Below are positions 17,587 through 24,847 of a DNA stretch of 32,000 nt, in pieces. Within the stretch, counting starts at the first letter, position 1; the number at the start of each line of letters is the position of its first letter. This DNA is from Cupriavidus necator (GTDB lineage Bacteria > Pseudomonadota > Gammaproteobacteria > Burkholderiales > Burkholderiaceae). The DNA lies in NCBI RefSeq assembly GCF_016127575.1, contig NZ_CP066019.1:1920001-1952000 (forward strand). The letters are read 5' to 3'. A program made the translations under genes and the position numbers. The notes under the pieces were generated by a model. It saw nothing but the letters and a program-made list of their open reading frames with translations. It was not told where the DNA came from and searched no databases.

Positions 17587-18075
17587 TCAGGCTTCCGCCG
17601 AGCGCGACAGCCGCTGGCGCACGCGGTCACTGGCGGCGGGGCCGGGTGCAAGGTGATAGTCGGCATCGGTGACCGGGCGCCCGTTGGCGGGGTCGACCAG
17701 CACAGGCTCCACGCGCACGCCGGTGCGCCGGTTCGTCAACTGCACGCTTTCACCTTCAGGCGCGAGATGCTTGTTGCCCCAGGCCAGCATCGCCAGCAGC
17801 ACCTGGCGGAAATCGCGCCCGCGCTCGGTCAGGATGTACTCGGAGCGGGGCGGGCGGTCGCAGTACTGGCGACGCTCAAGCATGCCTTCTTCGACAAGCG
17901 AGTTCAGGCGACGCGTGAGCATATTGGGCGCGATAGCCAGGTTTTGCTGGAACTCGTCGAACCGGGTCACGCCGTAAAAGGCTTCGCGCAGGATCAATAC
18001 GCTCCAGCTGTCGGCGACGCGGGCCGCGGTGCGAGCGATCGGACACGGCGTTTCGCCAAGTGGCTTCTTCTGCAT
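17587..18075 (-). CDS. HxlR (MarR/DUF24)-family transcriptional regulator, copy 1
   Basis: 162 aa. The conserved N-terminal CPIAR...SWSVLILREAF motif is followed by the wHTH region and then a ~50-aa C-terminal extension. GAGGAAG RBS. It is about 83% identical (hand count) to the protein at 27842-28330. Confidence 0.9.
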   Translation of the reverse strand: MQKKPLGETPCPIARTAARVADSWSVLILREAFYGVTRFDEFQQNLAIAPNMLTRRLNSLVEEGMLERRQYCDRPPRSEYILTERGRDFRQVLLAMLAWGNKHLAPEGESVQLTNRRTGVRVEPVLVDPANGRPVTDADYHLAPGPAASDRVRQRLSRSAEA

Positions 18076-18110
18076 GATTGGCTTCCTCGAGAGACCTGCT
18101 TGCTATCGAT

Positions 18111-18148
18111 TTGAAAGTCAGTCTAGGGTAGTCACTATCATCGTGCAA
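18111..18148. promoter_or_regulatory. Overlapping divergent sigma70-like promoters with an embedded TAGT-N-ACTA palindrome (candidate HxlR operator)
   Basis: Plus strand: TTGAAA (18111-18116), 19-nt spacer, TATCAT (18136-18141). Minus strand: TTGCAC (18148-18143), 17-nt spacer, TAGACT (18125-18120). The palindrome TAGTCACTA is at 18129-18137. All elements recur at the same offsets in copy B. Confidence 0.5.
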
Positions 18149-18279
18149 GTTCGTTTTTCGCTTGTGCTGTATTCCGCGCCCGCGAGGCACCGGAAGCACG
18201 CCCCTGCCCACACCGTCTATGTGGAGGGCACCGCCGCCCAGACGCCGATTCTGCACACTGCCCGGCCTCAACCGTTTAC

Positions 18280-18315
18280 TTCGCACACGAACTATCTATA
18301 TACTTCGCATGCGAA
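18280..18315. promoter_or_regulatory. Tandem TTCGCA-N-CGAA sites: imperfect TTCGCACACGAA (18280-18291) and perfect palindrome TTCGCATGCGAA (18304-18315). Candidate MarR operator pair over a TTTACT-N16-TATATA promoter.
   Basis: Read directly from the sequence. The same perfect 12-mer occurs upstream of marR at 19643-19654. Confidence 0.5.
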
Positions 18316-18368
18316 CTTAATCGCGATGCCTGCACGGCAGCGTGCAACTCTCACCTGGAGACCGACCA

Positions 18369-19145
18369 ATGACCCCCGAAATCCGCATTGACCTCACCGG
18401 CGGCGTGCTGACCATGACGCTTGCGCGGCCGGACAAGATGAACGCCTTGACGAACGAGATGTACGGCGCACTTGCCGACACCATCGAGCAGGCACAGCAG
18501 GACCGGGCTATCCGGGTATTGCTGCTGCAGGGGGACGGGGACAGCTTTACGGCCGGCAATGATCTCGGCGAATTCGCGGCGATCGCGTCGGGAAATGGCC
18601 CCAGCGAACGTCACGTGCATCGCTTCCTGCGCGCCCTTGCCAATTCGACCGTACCGATTGTCGCCGCGGTCAATGGCAAGGCCGTCGGCGTCGGGACCAC
18701 CATGCTGCTGCATTGTGATTACGTGGTGCTCGGCCAGGACGCGCAACTGATCACGCCTTTCGTCAATCTCGCCTTGGTTCCCGAAGCGGCTTCGAGTTAC
18801 CTGCTGCCGCTGCGGATCGGGCACGTCAGGGCTTTCGAGATGTTCGCGCTGGGCGAGCCGCTTGACGCGCAAACGGCCTTGGCATGGGGCATCGCGAACA
18901 AGGTTTGCGCCAATGACCAGCTGCGCACGGATGCGCGCCGGATGGCCGAGAAGATTGCCGCCAGGCCGGCCGGCTCCCTGAGCGCAATGAAACAGCTCAT
19001 GCGCAATGCGGAAAAACTGGTTTCGCAGATGAACAGCGAAAGCGCCAGGTTCGAGGAGCGGCTGGCCAGTGCGGAAGCCCGGGAAGCATTCTCGGCCTTC
19101 GCCGAAAAGCGCAAACCAGACTTCACCAGGGTTGCCGCGCAGTGA
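18369..19145 (+). CDS. Enoyl-CoA hydratase/isomerase (crotonase) family protein
   Basis: 258 aa from the ATG at 18369, with GGAG 8 nt upstream. MTPEIRIDLTGGVLTMTLARPDKMNAL...FTAGNDL...AAVNGKAVGVGTTMLLHCD is typical crotonase-fold sequence. Confidence 0.9.
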   Translation: MTPEIRIDLTGGVLTMTLARPDKMNALTNEMYGALADTIEQAQQDRAIRVLLLQGDGDSFTAGNDLGEFAAIASGNGPSERHVHRFLRALANSTVPIVAAVNGKAVGVGTTMLLHCDYVVLGQDAQLITPFVNLALVPEAASSYLLPLRIGHVRAFEMFALGEPLDAQTALAWGIANKVCANDQLRTDARRMAEKIAARPAGSLSAMKQLMRNAEKLVSQMNSESARFEERLASAEAREAFSAFAEKRKPDFTRVAAQ

Positions 19146-19152
19146 GTCGACT

Positions 19153-19178
19153 GCCTCGCTCTCCGGCCGCTGCGAGGC
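19153..19178. terminator. Hairpin between the convergent enoyl-CoA hydratase and marR genes (GCCTCGC-N12-GCGAGGC)
   Basis: A 7-bp GC-rich stem read from the sequence. There is no clear U-tract on either side, so a terminator function is uncertain. Confidence 0.3.
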
Positions 19179-19612
19179 TACACCTCGCCCTCGTCCGCGG
19201 CCGGAAACTTTGTCTGGAGGCTGGTCAGCCAGCGCGCCACCACGTCGATCTCGGCGGCGGTGAAACCTTCGGTGAGCCTGGTATTCAATGCCTTCATGCT
19301 CGCCTTGGAACGCTGGCGCGCCAGGCGCCCTGCCTCCGTCAGCCACAGGCGCGAGGCACGGCCATCGTTCTCGTCCGGCCGGCGCTCGATCAGGCCGGCC
19401 CTTTCGGTCCGGTCGGCCAGGCCGCTCATCCCGGGCGCGCCCAGGTCCAGCGCCGCGGCAGCCTCGCTCGTCAGCGCGCCATCGTTGCTGCCCAGGAAGA
19501 AAAGCAGTCCGGCCTGGGCTGATGTCACGCCACCCGCGGCAGTGCGCGCTTGTGACCACCGCTGCAGGCGCCGCTGACCCACGTTCAACAGGTAGACGAG
19601 GCGATGTTCCAT
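19178..19612 (-). CDS. MarR-family transcriptional regulator
   Basis: 144 aa from the ATG at 19612 (MEHRLVYLLNVGQRRLQRW...LTSEAAAALDLGAPGMSGLADRTERAGLIERRPDENDGRASRLWLTEAGR), which includes the wHTH. An alternative upstream ATG at 19663 would place the palindrome inside the coding sequence. No clear RBS exists for either start. Confidence 0.8.
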   Translation of the reverse strand: MEHRLVYLLNVGQRRLQRWSQARTAAGGVTSAQAGLLFFLGSNDGALTSEAAAALDLGAPGMSGLADRTERAGLIERRPDENDGRASRLWLTEAGRLARQRSKASMKALNTRLTEGFTAAEIDVVARWLTSLQTKFPAADEGEV

Positions 19613-19642
19613 GTCTGGTGCGTCATAAAGGGTGAGATTTCG

Positions 19643-19654
19643 TTCGCATGCGAA
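19643..19654. promoter_or_regulatory. Perfect 12-bp palindrome TTCGCATGCGAA upstream of marR (candidate autoregulatory operator)
   Basis: Read directly. It lies 31 nt upstream of the preferred marR start and is identical to the 12-mer at 18304-18315. Confidence 0.5.
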
Positions 19655-19708
19655 TATTATCATGCGCCGGTGTCCCGAATAGCGTGACGCACAGCGCCTG
19701 GCCGTCCG

Positions 19709-20668
19709 TCACACGGCGGCCGGCTCTTCGCTGCGCCGCGCACGGGCGGCACGCTTGAGGGATTGCGGCGGCTCGCCGAAAATCCGCAAGAACGCCCGGC
19801 GCATGCGCTCCGGGTCGGAGAAGCCGGTCTTGCTGGCGATGCGCTCGATCGTCAGCGTGCCGGCTTCCACGAGCAGGCGGGCCGTGTCGGCGCGCAAGCG
19901 CTCGACGGCACGTGCCGGGGACTGGCCCGTGCTCTGCCGGAACTCGCGGCTGAAATGCCGCGGGCTCATGTTGGCGGCGCTGGCGAGCAGCTCCACCGAC
20001 AGATCCTGGTGCAGATGATTCCTGGCGTAGGTCAATGCCGCTTGTATGCGCTCTGACCTCGATTCCAGTTCCGACAACATCGAGAACTGGGACTGCCCCC
20101 CGGCACGGCGGTGATGAACCACGAGCTTCTTCGCGACTGCGCGCGACACGTCGGTCCCCAGGTCTTGCTCTACCAGTGCCAGCGCAAGGTCGATGCATGC
20201 CGTCATGCCGGCCGATGTCCACACCGTTCCGTCCCGGACAAAGATGCGGTCGTCTTCGACGCGCACCGCAGGAAAGCGCTGCCGCAGCGTACTGGCATGG
20301 TGCCAATGCGTAGTAGCCCGCCGGCCGTCCAGGATGCCGGCCTCGGCGAGGATGAACGCCCCCGTGCAGATGCTGGCCATGCGCCTGGTCGGCTCGAGTG
20401 CATGGCCTAGCAGGCGCAGCAGCCTGGGCGATGGCGCCGGCACCGAGGTAGCGCCCCCAACCATCAGCGTGTCAAAAGCCAGCGGATCCATCGCGGTGGT
20501 CTGGATCGCCGTGCCCATTGAACTCTTCACGGCCCCGCCGCGTTCCGAGACGACATGGATTTCGTAGGCCGGGACCCGCACTTCGAGGTTAGCCATCTCG
20601 AAGACCGACACCGCCGCCAAATCGAGCATCTGAAAGCCGGGGAAGAGCACGAGGCCGATTTGGTTCAT
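19709..20668 (-). CDS. GlxA-family transcriptional regulator (DJ-1/PfpI-like N-terminal domain + AraC-type HTH)
   Basis: 319 aa. The N-terminal MNQIGLVLFPGFQMLDL...ASICTGAFILAEAG is followed by C-terminal AraC HTH repeats (...LSVELLASAANMSPRHFSREFRQSTGQSPARAVERLR...). Confidence 0.92.
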   Translation of the reverse strand: MNQIGLVLFPGFQMLDLAAVSVFEMANLEVRVPAYEIHVVSERGGAVKSSMGTAIQTTAMDPLAFDTLMVGGATSVPAPSPRLLRLLGHALEPTRRMASICTGAFILAEAGILDGRRATTHWHHASTLRQRFPAVRVEDDRIFVRDGTVWTSAGMTACIDLALALVEQDLGTDVSRAVAKKLVVHHRRAGGQSQFSMLSELESRSERIQAALTYARNHLHQDLSVELLASAANMSPRHFSREFRQSTGQSPARAVERLRADTARLLVEAGTLTIERIASKTGFSDPERMRRAFLRIFGEPPQSLKRAARARRSEEPAAV

Positions 20669-20670
20669 GT

Positions 20671-20705
20671 TGTCCTGAAACGAGGGAAGTTCGTCATTCA
20701 GGACA
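20671..20705. promoter_or_regulatory. Inverted repeat TGTCCTGAA-N17-TTCAGGACA in the glxA / MAPEG divergent region
   Basis: The 9-bp arms were read directly. It starts 3 nt upstream of the glxA ATG. A second small dyad, TAGGA-N5-TCCTA, lies at 20711-20725. Confidence 0.4.
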
Positions 20706-20791
20706 AAGGCTAGGACCCTATCCTAAAACTGTCAATCAACTCCCGATGGGCTTCTCCCAATGCGCGCTATCGACCATCCACGAGGTATCGA

Positions 20792-21181
20792 ATGAACATC
20801 ATTGCGCTGGCCTGCACCACTGTCCTCGGTCTGCTTCTGTTCTCGCTCGGACTCGCCACCTCGGTGCAGCGGTCCAGGATCGGCGTGCTGAGCGGCTACC
20901 CATCCGAGCCCGATCAACTGCTGGCACGGCTGATTCGCGCTCACGGCAACACCACCGAGTACGCGCCGTTCCTTGCGGTGCTCTTCCTGTACCTCGGAAC
21001 TCAGCATCCGCCTGGCTGGGCGGTCTGGTGCATGGCAGGTGCAACTGCCTGTCGCGTGCTCCTGGTGGTTGCACTGCTTGCCTGGCCCTCCATGTCCAGG
21101 CCGAATCCGGCCCGCGCCGTTGGTGCCCTGGGAACGTATGCCTTCGGGACAGCCCTTTGCGTGGCCGCCCTCACCGTCTGA
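20792..21181 (+). CDS. MAPEG-family membrane protein (microsomal glutathione-S-transferase-like)
   Basis: 129 aa with about 4 hydrophobic helices. The RAHGNTTEYAPFL motif is typical of MAPEG loop/helix 2. GAGG RBS. Confidence 0.8.
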   Translation: MNIIALACTTVLGLLLFSLGLATSVQRSRIGVLSGYPSEPDQLLARLIRAHGNTTEYAPFLAVLFLYLGTQHPPGWAVWCMAGATACRVLLVVALLAWPSMSRPNPARAVGALGTYAFGTALCVAALTV

Positions 21182-21252
21182 CCCGGGCTGCCGATGCCGG
21201 CAGAGCGGCCACTCTCCAATCCCATTAGTACCTGACCCTTAAGGGGAATCGC

Positions 21253-22074
21253 ATGAAGACATTGAATACGTTCATCAGGACTGCGGCGCTTGTTGCCACC
21301 GTCAGCAGCCTTGCAGCCGCTGCGAGCACAGCCGCCGCCGCACCGGCTGCTGACACCCGCGCTACCACGGTGGTGTTTGTGCACGGCGCCTTTGCCGACG
21401 GATCGGCCTGGGACAAGGTCATTGCCCTGCTCCAGTCCAAGGGGCTTCATGTTGTATCGGTCCAGAACCCGCTGTCTTCCCTGGCCGACGACGTGGCAGC
21501 CACGCGCCGCGCGCTCGACAAGCAGGCCGGACCGGTCGTGCTGGTGGGGCATTCCTGGGGCGGTGTGGTGATCTCTGAAATCGGACAGCATGAGCGCGTC
21601 AAGGCCCTGGTCTATGTCGCGGCGTTTGCACCTTCGGAAAACCAGTCGGTGGCGGACCTGGCCAAGGATTACCCAAAGCCCGAGGGATCCAGCTTCATCG
21701 TCGCTGACAAGGACGGTTTCCTGACGCTGACGCCCGAGGGGATGTCCAAACACTTCGCCCAGGACGTGCCGGCGGCCCAGACCCGGATCATGGCGGCGAC
21801 ACAGGGACCCGTCAGCGGCAAGAGCTTCGAGGACAAGGTCACGGTTGCCGCATGGCGGACCAGGCCGTCCTGGTACATCCTCAGCGAGCAGGATCACATG
21901 ATCCAGCCCGCCTTGCAGAAAGCGATGGCACAGAAGATCTCCGCCCGCATCGTGACACTGCCGACGAGCCACGTACCGCAGCTGTCAAGGCCGAAGCAGG
22001 TTGCGGATGCCATCTACGCCGCCGCGGTGTATCAACCGAAACCCGACGTGCACCCGCCAACGACACGCCGCTGA
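21253..22074 (+). CDS. Exported alpha/beta-fold hydrolase (Ser nucleophile)
   Basis: 273 aa. Sec-type signal (MKTLNTFIRTAALVATVSSLAAAAS...). VVFVHGAF followed by the nucleophile elbow GHSWGG. AAGGGGA RBS. Confidence 0.85.
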   Translation: MKTLNTFIRTAALVATVSSLAAAASTAAAAPAADTRATTVVFVHGAFADGSAWDKVIALLQSKGLHVVSVQNPLSSLADDVAATRRALDKQAGPVVLVGHSWGGVVISEIGQHERVKALVYVAAFAPSENQSVADLAKDYPKPEGSSFIVADKDGFLTLTPEGMSKHFAQDVPAAQTRIMAATQGPVSGKSFEDKVTVAAWRTRPSWYILSEQDHMIQPALQKAMAQKISARIVTLPTSHVPQLSRPKQVADAIYAAAVYQPKPDVHPPTTRR

Positions 22075-22107
22075 CCGGATTCCACTTTCCCTCTACCTGG
22101 TATCGAC

Positions 22108-23427
22108 ATGAAACTCCACGCAACACGCACGGCACCTGCCATCGCCACGATCGCTTTATGCCTGGCTCAATTGGCCTTGCCAAGCCACGCCCAGGCATCG
22201 CCGGCCGCCGAAGGCGGCGCAATCCCGCAACGCGCGGCGACCGAGGACGCATCCATTCGCCCCTTCCACGCCAGCTTCCCGCAAGCGGCACTGGCCGACC
22301 TGCGCCAGCGCATCGCCGCCACGCGCTGGCCAGACCGCGAGACGGTATCCGATCAATCGCAGGGCGTGCAGCTGGCGAAGATCCAGGAGCTGGTGCGCTA
22401 TTGGGGCAACGACTACGACTGGTTCAAGGCAGAGCAAAAGCTGAACGCCTACCCCCAGTTCGTCACCAGGATCGACGGGCTCGACATCCACTTCCTGCAT
22501 GTGCGATCGCGCCATCCCAATGCGCTGCCGCTCGTCATCACCCACGGCTGGCCGGGCTCGGTCTTTGAACTGCTGAAGGTGATTGGCCCGCTCACCGATC
22601 CCACCGCCTACGGCGGCCGTGCCGAGGACGCCTTCGATGTGGTGATTCCGTCGATGCCCGGCTACGGCTTCTCCGGCAAACCCGTCGGGACCGGCTGGGG
22701 TCCCGACCGCATTGCAGGTGCGTGGGATGTGTTGATGAAGCGGCTGGGCTACACACGTTATGTGTCACAGGGCGGCGACTGGGGCTCGGTCGTGGCGCAT
22801 GCGCAGGGCCGCCAGGCACCACAGGGCTTGCTCGGCATTCACGTCAATATGCCCGCCACCGTGCCAGCGGACGTCGCCCGGGCGCTGAAGAACGGCGAAG
22901 CAGCGCCGGCCGGCCTGTCCGCCGCCGAAAGGTCAGCCTTCGAGTCGATGAACAAGTTGTATACGCTGGGCGGCGGCTATGCCGCGATGATGGTGACCCG
23001 CCCGCAGACCGTGGGCTATGGCCTGGCGGATTCCCCCGCAGGGCAGGCGGCATGGATCTATGACAAGTTTGCCGCCTGGACCTTCAGCGGTGGCAACCCC
23101 GAGCGCTCGCTGACCAGGGACGAGATGCTCGACGACATCACGCTCTACTGGCTCACCAACAGCGCCACGTCGTCAGCACAGCTATATTGGGAAAACAACA
23201 CCAACAACTTCAACGCCGCCGAGCAGATGACCGCACAGATCAAGGTGCCTGTAGGCGTGACGGTATTTCCCGGCGAGCTCTATCAAGCCCCGCGCAGCTG
23301 GGCCGAGCGCGCCTACCCCCGGCTGACCTACTTCAACAAGGTCGACAAGGGGGGGCACTTCGCGGCATGGGAAGAGCCGCAGCTGTTCGCTCAAGAGTTG
23401 CGCGCAGCGTTCAGGTCGTTGCGCTGA
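22108..23427 (+). CDS. Exported epoxide hydrolase (microsomal-type, with N-terminal EHN domain)
   Basis: 439 aa. Signal peptide ending AQLALPSHAQA. The EHN-type segment is IRPFHASFPQAALADLRQRIAATRWPD...GLDIHFLHVRS. Contains the HGWPGS oxyanion motif and the GGDWGS Asp-nucleophile elbow. Confidence 0.88.
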   Translation: MKLHATRTAPAIATIALCLAQLALPSHAQASPAAEGGAIPQRAATEDASIRPFHASFPQAALADLRQRIAATRWPDRETVSDQSQGVQLAKIQELVRYWGNDYDWFKAEQKLNAYPQFVTRIDGLDIHFLHVRSRHPNALPLVITHGWPGSVFELLKVIGPLTDPTAYGGRAEDAFDVVIPSMPGYGFSGKPVGTGWGPDRIAGAWDVLMKRLGYTRYVSQGGDWGSVVAHAQGRQAPQGLLGIHVNMPATVPADVARALKNGEAAPAGLSAAERSAFESMNKLYTLGGGYAAMMVTRPQTVGYGLADSPAGQAAWIYDKFAAWTFSGGNPERSLTRDEMLDDITLYWLTNSATSSAQLYWENNTNNFNAAEQMTAQIKVPVGVTVFPGELYQAPRSWAERAYPRLTYFNKVDKGGHFAAWEEPQLFAQELRAAFRSLR

Positions 23428-23448
23428 GCGCGGCAGGCGGGCGGCGGC

Positions 23449-23481
23449 GGGCGCTGAAGCATGGCAATGCCTTCAGCGCCC
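23449..23481. terminator. GC-rich hairpin between convergent hydrolase genes (GGGCGCTGAAG-N11-CTTCAGCGCCC)
   Basis: A perfect 11-bp stem read from the sequence. The loop can pair further (CAT/ATG with one bulge). No obvious U-tract, so it could be a bidirectional terminator or a REP-like element. Confidence 0.45.
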
Positions 23482-23636
23482 GAGCCGCCCTTGCTTCGTG
23501 CCCGCTTATCCGGGCGCATGGTCCGGGGCATGCCCGACCATGCGCACCGATGGCCAGCGCCGCCCAGCTCCGATGCCAGCGCTGACAGCGTCATGGCAGC
23601 CAGTATCAGCAATCTGCGCATTGCGCCCCTCATGCG

Positions 23637-24689
23637 TCAGCGCCTGTCTACATCGAGCACCGCCTGCGCAAACGCCGTGGGCGCTTCCTGCGGCGGGTTG
23701 TGGCCGATCCCGCCTGTCAGTTCCCGGTGCTCGTAGCGGCCCGTGAACTTGCTGGCATAGGCGCTGGGCTCGGGGTGCGGCGCGCCGTTGGCATCGCCCT
23801 CGATGGTGATGGTGGGCACGCCGATGGCGGGTGCCGTGGCGAGCCGCTTCTCGAGGTCGTCGAACCTGGCTTCCCCGCTGGCCAACCCCTGCCGCCAGCG
23901 GTAGTTGTGAATGGTGATTTCGACGTGGTCGGGATTGTCGAAGGCGGCGGCGCTGCGGTTGAACGTCGCATCATCGAACTTCCATTGCGGCGATGCCAGT
24001 TTCCAGATCAGCCTGGCGAACTGGTGGGTGTACTTCTGGTAGCCGGCGCGGCCCCGGTCGGTGGAGAAATAGAACTGGTACCACCACTGGAGCTCGGCCT
24101 CGGGTGGTAGCGGCTGCTTGCCGGCTGCCTGGCTGCCGATCAGGTAGCCGCTGACCGCGACCAGCCCCCTGCAGCGGTCCGGCCAGATCGCCGCCATGAT
24201 GTCGGCGGTGCGCGCGCCCCAGTCAAAGCCGGCCACTACGGCATTGCGGATATTCAGCGCGTCCATCAGCGCGATCATGTCGGCGGCTATCGCTACGGGC
24301 TGGCCGTTGCGCATGGTGTCGGCAGACAGGAAGGACGTCGAGCCAAAACCACGCAGGTGGGGAATGATCACGCGATAGCCGCGGGCCGCCAGCAGCGGCG
24401 CCACGTCGACAAAGCTGTGGATGTCGTAGGGCCAGCCGTGCAGCAGCAGCGCGACCGGCCCTGTGGCAGGGCCGGCCTCGGCGTAGCCGATATTGAGCAC
24501 GCCGGCGTTGACTTGCTTGACCGGCGCGAAGCTGGCATGGGTGCCCGGCGTGGTCAAGGGCAGCGCCGGCGCCTTCGACAGACCGGTTTGCGCGCGGGCG
24601 GCCTGCGGCAGCCCGAACGGCGCGGTGGCCAGCGTCACTGCCGCTGCACCCAGAAAGCCTCGACGAGGTAGATCGACTGTCTTCGACAT
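23637..24689 (-). CDS. Tat-exported alpha/beta-fold hydrolase, epoxide-hydrolase/haloalkane-dehalogenase type
   Basis: 350 aa. Twin-arginine signal MSKTVDLPRRGFLGAAAV...AARAQ. Contains the HGWP motif (LLLHGWPYD) and the Asp nucleophile elbow AGFDWGA. GGGAGAAG RBS. Confidence 0.88.
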   Translation of the reverse strand: MSKTVDLPRRGFLGAAAVTLATAPFGLPQAARAQTGLSKAPALPLTTPGTHASFAPVKQVNAGVLNIGYAEAGPATGPVALLLHGWPYDIHSFVDVAPLLAARGYRVIIPHLRGFGSTSFLSADTMRNGQPVAIAADMIALMDALNIRNAVVAGFDWGARTADIMAAIWPDRCRGLVAVSGYLIGSQAAGKQPLPPEAELQWWYQFYFSTDRGRAGYQKYTHQFARLIWKLASPQWKFDDATFNRSAAAFDNPDHVEITIHNYRWRQGLASGEARFDDLEKRLATAPAIGVPTITIEGDANGAPHPEPSAYASKFTGRYEHRELTGGIGHNPPQEAPTAFAQAVLDVDRR

Positions 24690-24847
24690 TTGCTTCTCCC
24701 GTTTGCGTGATCAATGTGAGCACGAGTCTAGGAGGCCATGGCAAGCGGAATGTGTCGGATTTCAGGGGATTTGTATCGCTGTGTATGTATCCGCGATGGC
24801 GACATACTTGGATACAAAGCAGCCCGGCTGAAGGACTGGCACGCCAG

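Larger units (their letters stand above)
17587..18175. repeat. Copy A of a 589-bp dispersed duplication (hxlR plus ~100 bp of upstream control region)
   Basis: Aligns without gaps to 27842-28430 at a constant offset of 10255 nt. The coding part, the RBS and a ~76-nt promoter/operator core are conserved, while ~11 nt between the RBS and the core have diverged. Confidence 0.85.

Noticed and set aside
18142-18180. A short reading frame conserved in both hxlR control regions: (V/M)QV(R/S)F(S/W)LVLYS... at 18142 and 28398, the latter starting with ATG.
   Set aside because: It starts one nucleotide after the putative -10 box, has no RBS and has no conserved stop; both frames simply run on into the downstream genes. 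The conservation is explained more simply by the minus-strand -35 element and an A-tract UP-like element. A plus-strand RNA hairpin (GUGCAAG...CUUGUGC) is possible but unsupported.
23391-23633. An 80-aa minus-strand ORF after the Tat-hydrolase gene with a signal-like start (MRRLLILAAMTLSALA).
   Set aside because: It reads straight through the strong intergenic hairpin (23449-23481) and into the 3' end of the convergent epoxide hydrolase gene. It has no RBS and no recognisable family, so it is most likely fortuitous.
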